Source of the DNA: Sphaerodactylus townsendi
Taxonomy: Eukaryota
Direction of reading: 5' to 3'
NCBI RefSeq assembly: GCF_021028975.2
Contig: NC_059436.1
Span: 9,424,001-9,488,000, forward strand
DNA: 64,000 nt
Below are positions 38,976 to 50,913 of this stretch, piece after piece (the stretch's first letter is position 1; the number at the start of each line of letters is the position of its first letter). Under the pieces are notes generated by a model that was not told the DNA's origin, did no database searches, and saw only the letters and a list, made by a program, of their open reading frames with translations. The position numbers were made by a program, and so were the translations under genes.

Positions 38976-39164
38976 TGGGGTGCTGTGTGGTTTCTGGGCT
39001 GTATGGCCATGTTCTAGCAGCATTCTCTCCTGACGTTTCGCCTGCATCTTTTGCCACAGATGCAGGTGAAACATCAGGAGAGAATGCTGCTAGAACACGG
39101 CCATACAGCCCGGAAACCACCCAGCACCCCAGTGATTCTGGCTGTGAAAGCCTTTGACAACACA
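38976..39164 (+). mobile_element. Fold-back Penelope-like pLTR insertion
   Basis: ~74-bp inverted arms (38976-39049 / 39058-39131), 33-nt unpaired tail gtgattctggctgtgaaagcctttgacaacaca, exact 12-bp TSD AATCTATTTTAG (38964-38975, 39165-39176). Confidence 0.85.
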
Positions 39165-39284
39165 AATCTATTTTAGAATTGTTGCCTCTGAGCATGTGCA
39201 GAAATTCATTCTTGGAGAGGGTCTCCACCACCAACACAATCATGGTATTGTATCAACAAATTTTACTACATTTTATAAAATGCA

Positions 39285-39468
39285 CTACAGTCAAGTTGCT
39301 TCCAACTTATAGTGACCTCTAAAACATCCTATCGTTTGCAACCTTGTTCAGGTCTTGCAAACTGAGGGCTGCAGCTATTGAATCAATACATCTAATGTTA
39401 GGTCTTTTCCACTGTCTTCAACTTTCTCTAGCATTACTGAATTTTCCAGTGCTTCTTGCCTTCTCATA
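39285..39468 (-). mobile_element. RTE-type LINE 3' fragment
   Basis: Reverse-complement relative of 8965-9150 (tcaagttgcttccaacttatagtgacc...gttcaggtcttgcaaactgagggc...attgaatcaatacatct). Confidence 0.65.
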
Positions 39469-39474
39469 TGGAAA

Positions 39475-39750
39475 TCCAGAGTTTAGAGTAGTTAAATTGT
39501 GGAATTGTATAGTCATGGCCACAAGCATAGATGGCTTTAAAAAGGGATTAAACAGATTTGTGGATGGTTTCTTTGTGGATGGCTTCCATCAATGGCTTCT
39601 TTTCATGGTGATCAAAGGGCACCTCCCTATTTAAAGGCAGGAAACTTTTAAATATCAATGCTAGGAGCCAGCATCTGTGGAAATCTGCAGCTTCTATGCC
39701 CTATTTGTTGAAACCAGTAATCTGATCCTGCAGGTTTCGTCTTATGTTAC
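39475..39750 (+). mobile_element. Old CR1 3' fragment
   Basis: agagtagttaaattgtggaatt...atggccacaagcatagatggctttaaaaagggattaaacagattt...tctgatcctgcagg...cttatgtt. Confidence 0.65.
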
Positions 39751-39785
39751 CGTACAGAAATATAATCACATGAGAGCTTTGATAT

Positions 39786-40082
39786 GAAGAAGAGGAGTTT
39801 GGATTTATATCCCACCTTTCTGTCCTGTAAGGAGTCTCAAAGCAGCTTATAAACTCCTTCCCTTCCTCTCCCCACGACAGATACCTTGTGAGGTAGGTGG
39901 GGCTAAGAGAGTTCTGAGAGAACTGTGACTGGGCCAAGGTCACCCAGCAGGCTTCGTGTGTAGGAATGAGGAAACAAACCTGGTTCACCAGATTAGAGTC
40001 CACTGCTCATGTGGAGGAGTGGGGAATCAAACCCTGTTCTCCATATTAGAGTCTACCAGCTCTTAACCTCTACACAACGTTG
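39786..40082 (-). mobile_element. Squam3-like SINE
   Basis: gaagaagaggagtttggatttatatccc...gtgactgggccaaggtcacccagc...ggggaatcaaaccc...ctcttaacctctacac. Confidence 0.85.
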
Positions 40083-40369
40083 GCTCGCTCTGCATTCAGC
40101 TCACATCTGCTCAGCATGTACCTACATCCACCTTAATGTGAATTTGGCCATTAGCAGACTTTCAAACAAGTTGAATCACGTTCCACCTGAGAGATGACGT
40201 TTCTTAAACACTGAAATGCCTTCCAGTGGTACATGCATTGCCACAAATCTGTTACCCAGATTAGCAAATCCATGACCAACCTGGAAATCAACAACTGGAG
40301 CCGTGATTACTTTCTCTAGGGAAATGAAAACATTTGGCACTATGACTAGCCATGGGGCCTCCCTTTCAG

Positions 40370-40670
40370 CAGCTGCGATTTGTTAATCCACAGTATAATG
40401 TGAATTAAATTAGGCTCTTCACACTTAACTAACCCTCAATCTGCATTCTTTTGTAACTCCTGAGGTTTCCAATGCAGCTAACAGCTAATCCCTTCAGCCT
40501 TAAACTTCTCCCAGCTGCTGGCTCAGAGCAGTTATGGAGGGTTTCCAACAATTCAGGGCCAGTAAACTTAATCCTAAAGCTGTTAGGCTCTTCTAAAATA
40601 ACGAGGCCCACCAATTTAAAGCTATTAGCCTTAATTAACAGGAAAGGAAGCATTCAGGTTATGTGCTGAA
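40370..40670. promoter_or_regulatory. Candidate enhancer, dense in homeodomain-type cores
   Basis: gttaatcc, gaattaaattag, gctaatcc, cttaatcc, ccaatttaa, ctattagccttaattaac within 300 bp. Confidence 0.35.
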
Positions 40671-41527
40671 GCATAGCGCTGAGCCAGAAAGCTACGTTTC
40701 ATTGCTCAGCTTCCAGATTCCTTGTGCTTCCTGCCCATCTCAATACTACACACAGAGTTTTGAACTGCAGTGCTGAAACATAGCAAAAGGGGCAACCTCA
40801 GTAATAAAATCCTGGGCTAGGACAGATTAATCCAACGCAACAGTCTAGAGCTGTTAATGCGATCAGCTGGCATCCAGGCGGTAGAACGCACAAGGCACTT
40901 CAAAGTTTTGGGTGTCCTTCATCCAGTGCCTTTGTGAAAAAAACATAAGCGTGGGAAGTGCTTCTGGAAAAAAGGATGCCATTTTGTGAGAGCCTCATGT
41001 TGACAGTTGAAATCCAGCTGCACACACAGCATAGTTTTTTGCTTGTCTACGTTCACCCCTATTTACAAAATGTACATCTAAGAGAAAGTGGTGCAGGATG
41101 GAGTGACCAGAAGTGACCAGAGGCTACTGACCACAAAACTGAATTTCCAAGATGCAGCAAAACAGGGCTTGAGGAAACAGGTCCGTGCAAGAAATCTTGC
41201 TGCGACAGACAAGATGCAACAAAATGTAATTGGCTCCTGTCTGCCCATATTTGCATTAGGGAGGAAGGGTTTGTCATACCACCTGCCTCTGAGTACAGAG
41301 TCTGCTCAGCACTTCCTGTTCCTTCCAGTTTTGTCACAATCAGGCCTTTCCTCCTTGGGTGTTTTTTCTTAATTGCCTTGGTTCCAAAGTATAAATCTAG
41401 GGAGAAGAGAATGGCTTCCAGGGTGCAAAGCATAGCATCACCCCATTAAAAAATGCATTTGCCACTCACAGCCAAATTAACAGTGCTATGGATTGGAGGA
41501 CATGCTGGGACACCTTAGCAACAACAG

Positions 41528-41550
41528 ATCATCATCATCATCATCATCAT
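41528..41550. repeat. (ATC)n microsatellite
   Basis: atcatcatcatcatcatcatcat. Confidence 0.95.
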
Positions 41551-41593
41551 GGACTGGAGGAAGGCTCTGCACTTAACTGAGGGGTTGTGAAGA

Positions 41594-41805
41594 TGTGGCT
41601 CAATGTAAGCTTAATGGCTCTGCACTTAGAAGGTCCCAGGTTCAATCCCCAGCATCTCCAGGTAGAAGGACCAAGCAGCAGGTGATGTGAAAGACCTCAC
41701 CCTGAGACCCCGGAGAGCCGCTGCCAGTCTGAGTGGACAATACTGGGCTTGAAAGACAAATGGTCTAATTCAGTATACAACAGCTTTGTGTGTGTTCATA
41801 TGTGT
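41594..41805 (+). mobile_element. tRNA-derived SINE (Squam2/AnolisSINE2-like)
   Basis: tgtggctcaatg...gaaggtcccaggttcaatccccagcatctcc...gtgaaagacctc...gagagccgctgccagtctgagt...ggtctaattcagtatacaacagc; degenerate relatives at ~36150-36320 (-) and ~57725-57890 (-). Confidence 0.8.
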
Positions 41806-42428
41806 GAAAGGATACAACTCAAATTTAATTGAGCTGTGTGGAGACTTGTCCATTCGCTTATTTGCTCCTTAGAACTGACTAGAGGAGCCCTTGTGTGCAT
41901 ATGCAAAAAGGGTGCACATTTACTGCTGGCTGATTGAATTATGTCAGTAAGGAGGGTTCTAAGCTCCACTTTTATCCTCTCTCTATGAACTAGAGATAGC
42001 CATTATTTTTTTTAATCACTGAGAAACTTATAGGACGATTACGTACAATATACCTGCTGCGGGATGGGGAAGAATGTCCGTCTCAGCAAGAGTTGTTGTA
42101 CTGACCTGTTTCCTCAAGCCCTGCTTTCACTGTCCGTTCTCTCAGTGGTAAGTGAGACCACTTTTACCATGAATGTTACTTTGCTTCACCGCCAGAGTGG
42201 GACAGATATACCAGTGAGCACAGCTTTGACCTGGATATGTTCCCTCTGCCCACAGTCAGCCTCCCCTTTCCCCCATGCTACTTTGCACGGCTTTCCCCTC
42301 ACCCCCCTCCTTTCATGTTGATGGCTGCTCTAAGTAACAGAAAAAAGCTCACTCACACAACCTCTAATTCTCTTGATATTTCAAGATACTGATATAAAGA
42401 GAGCTTGGAAATAACAAGCCTCTGTCCT

Positions 42429-42446
42429 GCAGCTGCAGCAGGAGCA

Positions 42447-42489
<43 letters not shown>
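42429..42489. repeat. CAG/CTG microsatellite; pure (CAG)13 at 42451-42489
   Basis: Direct reading. Confidence 0.95.
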
Positions 42490-42491
<2 letters not shown>

Positions 42492-42917
42492 AATGCTGTG
42501 TGGAGGGCAGGGGGGCAGCATTAGTACAGTCCTTTTCTTTAGCAACCTGTGGTCCAGGGAGTTGCTTAGCCTCTTTTATCTGGCAGGGGGGGGGGATTAT
42601 TTTTGGAACAGAAATATCTATATAAGAGCAGTTTAAAAGGCTAAGTCAGCAGTCTAGACTACTGAATGTAACAAGATGCCTTTAAGAATCCCATGATGTG
42701 TGGAGTTAAGAGAACCAGGCCTGGAGAGCTCTCTGCGGAAAAACTCCAGGGGAAAGGAGGGAGTGCCTCCTTGCTTGAAAATAGAGAAACACAAGGAGAG
42801 CCCTCTGCAAGCCCACTGTGCAGTCCTGAGGTAAGCGTTCCATGCATAATGAGCCATATTGTTCATATTGGGGACTTTGGGGGATGCATAGTGAAAACTT
42901 TAGGCTTTCCAAAACTG

Positions 42918-43031
42918 GTTCTGGTGGGTTTTCCGGGCTATGTGGCTGTGGTCTGGCCATGGTCGATGGCCACACAGCCCGGAAAACCCACCAGAACCAG
43001 TTGAATCCGGCCATGAAAGCCTTCGACAATA
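42918..43031 (+). mobile_element. Fold-back Penelope-like pLTR insertion (short)
   Basis: Arms aactggttctggtgggttttccgggctatgtggc / gccacacagcccggaaaacccaccagaaccagtt; tail gaatccggccatgaaagccttcgacaata; 13-bp TSD CTTTCCAAAACTG (42905-42917, 43032-43044). Confidence 0.85.
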
Positions 43032-44118
43032 CTTTCCAAAACTGTTTGTTTGATGCAGCTTGGCTTCCAGACTACATCGGGATTCTCTCACCCTTACAGG
43101 CAGTATCATTTGCAGGTTGCTGTTCATCCCGCTTTTCTTCACCTTTTTTTCCAAGCTAGGTGTTTTTTTAAAAAACAGGAAAACGTGAAAAAAAATGGAA
43201 AAACAACAACCAGCAAATGATTCTTTCGGGAAAATAATGGCACAAAGACAGACAGCTTCATAAAAAAAAAACCCAGTGTAGAAAAGGCCTTTGTTAGTGA
43301 GCATTGCCAGCGTTGTCATTCTTCAGGGTTTGTCTCCCTCCCCAGGATATCTAAAAGTTACGCTTTGAGGGGTGGTGTATCTAAGACACCCTGCAGTGCA
43401 CAGCCAGTTCTTCACACGCTGCAGATGCCGAGATATATTTTGATCTGTGATAGCACATTATGTGACAAATATGAATTATTAAAAATATATGGATACTTTT
43501 AACCAAAAGAACAACCTTGGCTTTTTAAATCTTCATGGGACAGGTTACCATACAGTAAATGAACATGGCAAAGGACAGAAGAGAGCCATCAGCCAGGGCC
43601 CAGGTGTCAAGAACCTAGCACCCCAGAAGGGTCGGACACAACCCCCCCATTAAGCCTTAACATTCCATGCTATAATCGCTGCACAGCTGTCTGTAGTGAG
43701 AAGCAACAGCTGCCCCTTATGGAAGTGGGTGGCAGAGTGAAGGAGCCACAATGTCCTGCTCACCCACTGGTTCTCTGGGTGAGTGAGCAGTACTGCCAAA
43801 GTGGGGACAGCACAGGGCCACCATGGATGTCTCGCGGAGGGGACTCTAAAACCTGAAACCAGCTTGCATAAAAGGAAGTGGGTATTCAAGCAGTAATCTA
43901 TGGTGTGAGAAGAAGGATGTCACAAGAACACATCTATTTTCATCTAAGAAACATTGAAAGGTATGGTTTACTTCCCTTTTTGACTCGATTTTTATAGAGT
44001 TTTTCTTTTTATACTTACCATCTTAAGAGACACAAGATGGGGGGGGGCAGTTTAAGAGCACAATTGATTGATGGTAGAAGGTGAAGAGAGAATATTGCAG
44101 GCAGAGGAAGGAAACTAA

Positions 44119-44269
44119 GCCCCCTTCCGCACATCGTTCCGCAGAACGATGCACTTTCAATCCACTTTCAATGCACTTTGCAGCTGGATTTTACTGTGCA
44201 GAATAGTAAAATCTACTTGCAAACAATTGTGGATTGAAAGTGCATTATTCTGCATGTGCGGAAGGGGTC
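44119..44269. mobile_element. Palindromic Harbinger-like MITE
   Basis: Same family as 4403-4543. Confidence 0.8.
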
Positions 44270-45029
44270 TCAGGCAAACTATGAAAATATGATGAATACT
44301 AATGTCCAACTAATTCTGCAGATTCAGATCAAATGTTGAGTTATTAGCTTAGGTTGACCATGTAGAATGTGAACCCCCCCCCCCCCAATTCTGAAATGCC
44401 CCTGGAAATGCTGTTCCTTGCGGGATTTTTCAACTGTGGAAGTGTTGGGTCCAAGCCATTTCATTTCTGCTTCTCTTCTATTAAAGGCAACTTTTACATT
44501 AACCGCAAATTCTAACTCTGCTTTGCGGCATAACTATGTCTGAGATGATAACCTTTTGATCAAATATTGCTGTATTATAAAAATATTCCAAGATTCTAAC
44601 ATACAATCGGTATATCTTATAATTAGAGGCATTTTTAAAGCATGAGTTGCAGTTATTTCGCTAGCTTCCGTCTTCTGCACTTGCAGCTGGCCACTCCCAA
44701 ATGAGACTTGGGATTCTTGCCGTTTCAGCAGCTGTGACCTACTGAAAAAATATCTAGAATCAAGGGAATCGGAAAAGCCTGCGTAAATAAGAAATATCCC
44801 CGGTATGAGAACTTGATCATGCAGGCTCAATATTGGTTTTCTCCAAATAAAACAAAAATAAAGTGAATGTCTGCGAAGAGTCAGAGCTACGATAAAGCGG
44901 AGTGTCTCTTTTTTCATTGGGAAGAATATCCTGGCCACATTCAACTGGATTTGCTAGACTTAAATCCCCTGTATGTGATCAGTTATACTAGGAAAACAGA
45001 AGCTGGATTCATTTTTCCTCTGTTTGGTA

Positions 45030-45231
45030 TAGGGATGCCAGCCTCCAGTGGGACCTGGGGAATCCCCCAGAATTACAACTTATCTCCAAACTACAGAGTT
45101 CAGTTTCCCTGGAGAAAATGAATGCTTTGGAGGATGGAATTTATGGCATTGCATTCCAGGGAGGTCCTTGTCCTCTCCAAGCTCCATCCTTAAATTGCCA
45201 GGAGTTTCCCAGCCTGGATATGGCCACCCTA
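45030..45231. mobile_element. hAT-family MITE
   Basis: TIRs tagggatgcca / tggccacccta; body shared with 37182. Confidence 0.75.
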
Positions 45232-45611
45232 CTCTCCATTCCCCACCAGTGAGGGGTGGAGGGGAGATGGACCTGGCCCCCCTAGTTTGGTGCACAGTAT
45301 TTGAGGGCGTGTCAGAGGCTGACAATTCTCTCCCACAAGTGCAACAGATGGTTCTGCAGTGGCCTGTGAACAATCCTGGGGCTTGGGGGCAGCAAGAGTT
45401 TACCTCAGGATGACAAATCTGGGACTTGTGAATCTGGATCATGTAAGTCCAAGCTTTAAAGTTAGATTTCACATCATTTTTTTCACCCACCTCTTCCAAC
45501 AAACCTATTATTTGCTGCTAAAGTTGTGGCAGTAGAGTTGAATGTGTGTCAGACTTTTCACAAAGCTGAATTTCATGTGAATCTTGTCACAAAATGAGCT
45601 CAGGCGAAAGG

Positions 45612-45612
<1 letters not shown>

Positions 45613-45650
<38 letters not shown>
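45613..45650. repeat. (AC)19 microsatellite
   Basis: Direct reading. Confidence 0.95.
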
Positions 45651-45652
<2 letters not shown>

Positions 45653-45889
45653 TTTGTTAAAACAAATGCAATTGCATGAAGTAATTGTTTTCTCCCAGAA
45701 TCACTTTAGGCTTGATTTTTCACATTGATTTAGATGTGATTAAGTCACAATGAGGTAACTTTCCCTCCGTGATCATCACATGGTGAACATTCCTCTGGGA
45801 TTTATCTGCACACAGAGAAGTGTGGATTATTACACATTCTGGAGACTCAAAACTTGACAGAAACTCAAAGAGTTATCATAAATGAGTTT

Positions 45890-46087
45890 GACCTGTATTC
45901 TGGAGAATTGAGGGCAGAGTCTAGGGAATGAGGATTGTGGGAAGGGGAGGGAAAACATAAGGGAAGTGATGTCATGTATCTGCTATCCCAAGCTGCCCTT
46001 TTCTCCAAGAGAACTGACCTGTGTAATCTGATGATCAGTTGTAATTCCAGGAGAACTTCAGGTCCCACCTAGAAATTGGTAACCCTA
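45890..46087. mobile_element. hAT-family MITE, inverted relative to 45030-45231
   Basis: ttttctccaagagaactgacctgtgta...agttgtaattccaggaga...caggtcccacctagaaattggtaacccta. Confidence 0.65.
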
Positions 46088-47067
46088 TCTCTCTTTTAAA
46101 AGAACCAAGGCTTTCCCATGTCAATAACTCAAAAATTAGTACCTCATGAGCTTTGGCCAGGATCTACTCGTTGTGACACAGGTATGTGTCACCATCCACT
46201 GAGGGTCTACAGCTGTCTTTTTTTATAGACTTGTATCTTTTACAGTTCTCCAAGGAAAGAATTAACTTGGGAATGCAGCAGTGTCTCATTTCTACTGGCA
46301 AGCTTCCAGCTCCCCTTCTGTGAGCCGTTTCCTTGCAAGAAATGTAAATGCCAACTTAAGAAAGCCCTTTTGCTGTAACCAAGGCTAACAAAGAAACGGC
46401 CTCTTGGAAACCAAGGGTGCCATTTAAAAGGGTACAAGACACAGTAACTCCAGCTGCCTGGTTGGCAAGAAGGTGGTGGGAATAAGCGGAGACCTGTCAG
46501 CCTCTCACTTGTGTGCATGTGAGAATGTTGTTAATGAGAGGTAGAAAGTCAAAGGGAGGCATCATGGTTGGAATGTAGATTCCGGCCACATCGATTCGGT
46601 ACAATTCTGATTCCTGCGAGTTCCAAGACAGGGCATGGAACTGACATGGAGAGAGTGAACTAACAAGATGGGCTTTCCTTGTGGGAGCTGTTTTTTGCTG
46701 CCTGTATAAAATAGTTTCTTCTTTTCTCTTAGCCTCACAACGACTGGTTTTATATTCACACTAACTACAGAAGTGGGAAAAGCAAAAACCAATTTAAGCT
46801 TCATGTGTGAAAACTGACAGCCTTTCAGAGGATGCTTGTGTGAATCAAAAATGGTATGGTACTGAATTCTGAGGCATCCCAAATTTATATTGGTTAAAAA
46901 AACCAATTGATTGATTAAAAAAACAGCCACACACAATTTGGAGCTCCAGTGTTATGGGATCTGGAAAGGTCTTGTGAGGTCCCAGAAAGCTGCTAAATTT
47001 TGCTGAGCCAGTGGCTGAAGTTTTCAGAGTATATCAGGTACGTTGGCATTATGTATGTGTACATCTG

Positions 47068-47287
47068 CATTTATATCCCATTATTCTCCCCAATGTGGAC
47101 CCAAAGAAGCTTAGAACATAATTCTTCAATCCTCTGTCTTCTTACAACAACAATCCTATGGGGTAGATTGGGCTGAGACAATACAAGTGGTCCAAATTCA
47201 TCAGTGAGCTTCCGTGGCACAGTGGGGATTCAAACCCAAGTCTTCTAGGATTCTAGCCCATCAATCTATCCACTATGCCATGCTGGC
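47068..47287 (-). mobile_element. Older CORE/Squam3-like SINE
   Basis: atttatatccc...acaacaatcctatggggtagattgggctgaga...agtggggattcaaaccc...ccactatgccatgctgg. Confidence 0.7.
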
Positions 47288-48804
47288 TGCCTCTGTGCCA
47301 TGAGGGGTTGGGGGATCAGCAACATCTCAATGCACCTGAGCTATACTGTGGTACCTGTTTTGGACTGCAGATCAAAAATGCCAGAATCCAATCTGTAACT
47401 GTGATAAGTCTATCACAGCCTCTGCTAAAACATTTTGCCTCGTAATTCCATCTGCCCCTATCAAAAACTGTAATTACACTGTTTTTGCTGGTTCATACAC
47501 ACTCACTATATATATATCATGTGTTTTGACCATTGGAAACTATCTTAGAACAATTCAGAGTTTCTGCTCAGCTAGCTCAGTTTGGTCTGCTGGGATTAGC
47601 AGTTGTTCTTCAGGGTCTCAGGAAGAGAAGAATCTTTCCCAACATATTTACCTTTTAACTGGAGAGGTCTTACATTGAATCTGGGGTCTTTTGCATGCAC
47701 AGCAGATGCTCTGAAACATCATTATAACCCTTCCCCACCATCCATGAAGCTGCCATGCTTTGAATCAGACCATTGGTTAGTCCATCTCATCTAGTACAGC
47801 TGTCTCTTCCATATCACAGTGAAAAAAGGCTGCAGACGCTGCCTCGCTGGCCCGCAGCTCTTTGATCTGTGCCGCCCAGAAATGCTGCTGTGCAAAGGAA
47901 TGCCGTAAAAATTTCATGTGGTTTTCCAGATCATGGGCGACACGGTGCCCATAACCCCCACGATGTGGAAGGACAACTGTATTACCTATTCCTACTGGCA
48001 GTGGTTGTCCAGGCCCTTAAACAGAGAGATCTTCCTCAGCCCTCCTAACCACAACCTTTTAACTCAACAAGCTGAAAATTCACCAGGTGCCGAATCTCTC
48101 AAACGTTCGGTCCCAGGCGAAAACATTCCTTCTTAAACTTGGCTTTTTGTTGATGTGGATTTTGGCTGACCCTCACAGTATTTTATCCACACTGCCTCTT
48201 AATAGTTTAGCACCTTTTAATATTTTAACATATGTGGCTGTTTTAACATTTTTTAATTGCTGTGATTGCTGAGGAGATTTTGTACTAAAATACTTATGCT
48301 CGAATACTGGTTTTATTTCTGATGTTTTAATTACTTAACAATGCTTATGCTTCTGACTATTGTCATTTTTAATCGTTATTTGATTATTAGTTTTTTAAAA
48401 TTATTATCACAGTTTTAGGATGCTAATGGAAATCTGTACACTATACCAAAGTTTTTTAGATGAGCTTAAAATAAAATAAATGATTCAATACCAGGTCCTT
48501 GTGACCTTTAAGCCAACATAACAGAAGAACGGAATGATGTGAAGCTCTTACACAGGGAGGACACAGTAGTGACCCAAGATGTTGTTTGCATTCTTTATCT
48601 CTTAGTTGACCTCTTCTCAGAAAGCCATAACAATTGCCCTTGGTGACAGGATTCTCAATTTCCCATTTACCATCCACTGAGGAAAGCATAGCTGGGAACA
48701 GCTATTAGCTCTGGAACCATCAGCTATGAAGATTTTCATTTTGTATATGATTGCACTAACAAAATAAATTTTAACAAACCCAGCCCAAGCCCATTGGTGT
48801 ATGT

Positions 48805-49010
48805 GTGTGTGAAGTGCCATCAAGTATCAGCTAACTTGTGGCGACCTCATGGGATTTTCAAATTAAGAGACTAACAGAAGTGGTTTGCAATTGCCTTCCT
48901 CTGCCCAACAACCTTGGCATTCCTTGGTAATCTCCCATCCATTTACTAACCAGGTCTGACCCTGCTTAGCTTCTAAGTTTTGACAAGATCAGGGTAGCCT
49001 GAGACATCCA
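48805..49010 (-). mobile_element. 5S rRNA-headed Sauria-type SINE
   Basis: agaagtggtttgcaattgccttcctctgc...tctcccatccatttactaaccaggtctgaccctgcttagcttc...agatcagg. Confidence 0.8.
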
Positions 49011-49266
49011 CTTATGACATTAGAATTTAGCAAAACTCTCAGAATAATTTCATCTATTTCTCTCTCCCTCCCTCTCTGAAAAATTAAATGATTGGTTTCA
49101 AATTGCTCAAATATCTTGTCTTTACTGGAGGCATTTGTGCTTGAATTATACATTTAACTGGAATACCAAGGCACAGGCCTTTGCATGCTCAGCAATATTA
49201 CTGTCAAAGACAGGAGTAGCAGCTGCTGAATGTTTTAAAAGGGGGTAAGTCCCACAACACACTCAC

Positions 49267-49353
49267 CTGCTGGCTCTCTTGATAAGGGGGAGGGGGTACA
49301 GTCTGTGTGGCCATCATTGTCAGAGCTGGTGCTGGGGAGACATGTTGCATCAT
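49267..49353 (-). CDS. PKNOX2: PKNOX2 first coding exon, CDS part (29 codons, MMQHVSPAPALTMMATQTVPPPPYQESQQ); whole exon 49375-49267 with 22 nt of 5'UTR
   Basis: Manual translation closely matches the recalled human PKNOX2 N-terminus (MMQHASPAPALTMMATQNVPPPPYQDSPQ). Acceptor TTTCTCCTACCAACAG| before 49375; donor CAG|GTGAGT after 49267; phase 0. Too short for the ORF track. Confidence 0.96.
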
Positions 49354-49693
49354 GGGATTGATTCACATCTAGAACCTGTTGGTAGGAGAAAGTTCAACTT
49401 GATTAAGGAACTCAAAGAACTCCTCCCTGAAAATGAAACCAAACCCTAGCCACAAAGCCAAACCACATCAAACTAACTCCATTGTGAAAAGATAGAGAAA
49501 GATGGCAAAAAGGTAAGATCTGATGGAGGGTTATAAGCAAATTTCTTCTTTTCTTCCATGGTTGCAGCAAAGCGTCCTCTTTGACCATCACTGTTATAAG
49601 AAACTGCTCTCCAAGGCCAAGGCAAGATTCCTTGCTCAAGCACATTTGATGCAAACTATGTCTGATCCAGCATACATGCCTCTGGATCACCTA

Positions 49694-49834
49694 GGCTCAT
49701 ACCGCGCATGCAGAATAATGCACTTTCAAACTGCTTTCAGTGCTCTTCGAAGCTGTGCGGAATAGCAAAATCCACTTGCAAACAGTTGTGAAGGTGGTTT
49801 GAAAACGCATTATTTTGTGTGTGCGGAAGGGGCC
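49694..49834. mobile_element. Palindromic Harbinger-like MITE
   Basis: Same family as 4403 and 44119. Confidence 0.8.
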
Positions 49835-50784
49835 TAGTTTGTAAACTGTGGTTTCATCAGACCTTGCAATATTTGTGACATTCAAATGTAAATAGGTGAA
49901 AATGGTTTGCACCAAGCTAAGATATCAAACCAGGATTTGCAGCTGGTTTGTTAACTGCTGTAGTAACTCTTTTTTTAAAAAAAATTCTGAATTCACAAGT
50001 TTGTTGAGAAGCACCAGCCCTCACTGAAAGGGCAGACTGCCGTAGAAGTGGGATCTCTTCCCTGTTGGGAGGCAGAAGGGAAAACACACACCAGGATCCA
50101 TCTAGAAACCAAGGCTGACTTACCAATGGCAGAGTGTTTATTACACAAAACATGCTTTAAATTTGCTGGTATACCATGATGTCTGAATACAGCTACCGAG
50201 TGATGTACAAGCATCCAAGGATCAACTGTGAATTTTCTTGAGAAACCCTCCAATTTATCAATTCTCTCATTTTTGCCTAGGACTCATGTCAGAGTGAGGG
50301 CAGAATAAAATACTGGGACTTCATTGTCTTTCCTCAACAAAGAAAAATCTCCCTGGTTTTCAAGGTCTGTTCTAATTAGTATCTATGGCACCAGAGCTCC
50401 TCCACTATTCCCTGAAGACTTGGGTTTAAATTATCTACTCTTGCTGATTCAAAAGTTTAATTTTAGCTGGCATGGCTCAATGTCCGCCTTAGTTGGCAAA
50501 GGGGTTTATTTGTTATTACTTTTATATAGCTGCATCCAAGAACAGAGAACTTGAACATAATTAGATTCCTGTGCTCAAAGTCTACAATTTTGAAAATAAA
50601 AATAAGGAAAACAAGGGAGACGGGAGAGTAGAACGGAGGTTTATAAATGTTACATTCAGAGCTAATTAAGATAATATTTGGTGTGGAGGGGAAACTTTAT
50701 GAAAAACACGGCAAGCACAGGCACACAGAAAGTTAATAGCTGTTCCTTACTTTAAAGCTGCTTCATGACTCAAAAAAGAACATT

Positions 50785-50913
50785 GAGTTTGGATTTATAC
50801 CCCATTCCTGTAAGGAGTCTCAAAGCATCTTACAAATTCCTTCCCTTCATCTTCTCACAACAGACACTTTATGAGGTAGGTGTGGATGAGAGATTTTTGG
50901 GAGAACTGTGGCC
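50785..50913 (-). mobile_element. Truncated Squam3-like SINE
   Basis: gagtttggatttataccc...tcctgtaaggagtctcaaagc...cacaacagacac...gaggtagg. Confidence 0.7.

Noticed and set aside
39020-39090. Complete hammerhead in the 38976 element
   Set aside because: Both arms are cut before the CTGAAGA box; only the GAAAC half remains.
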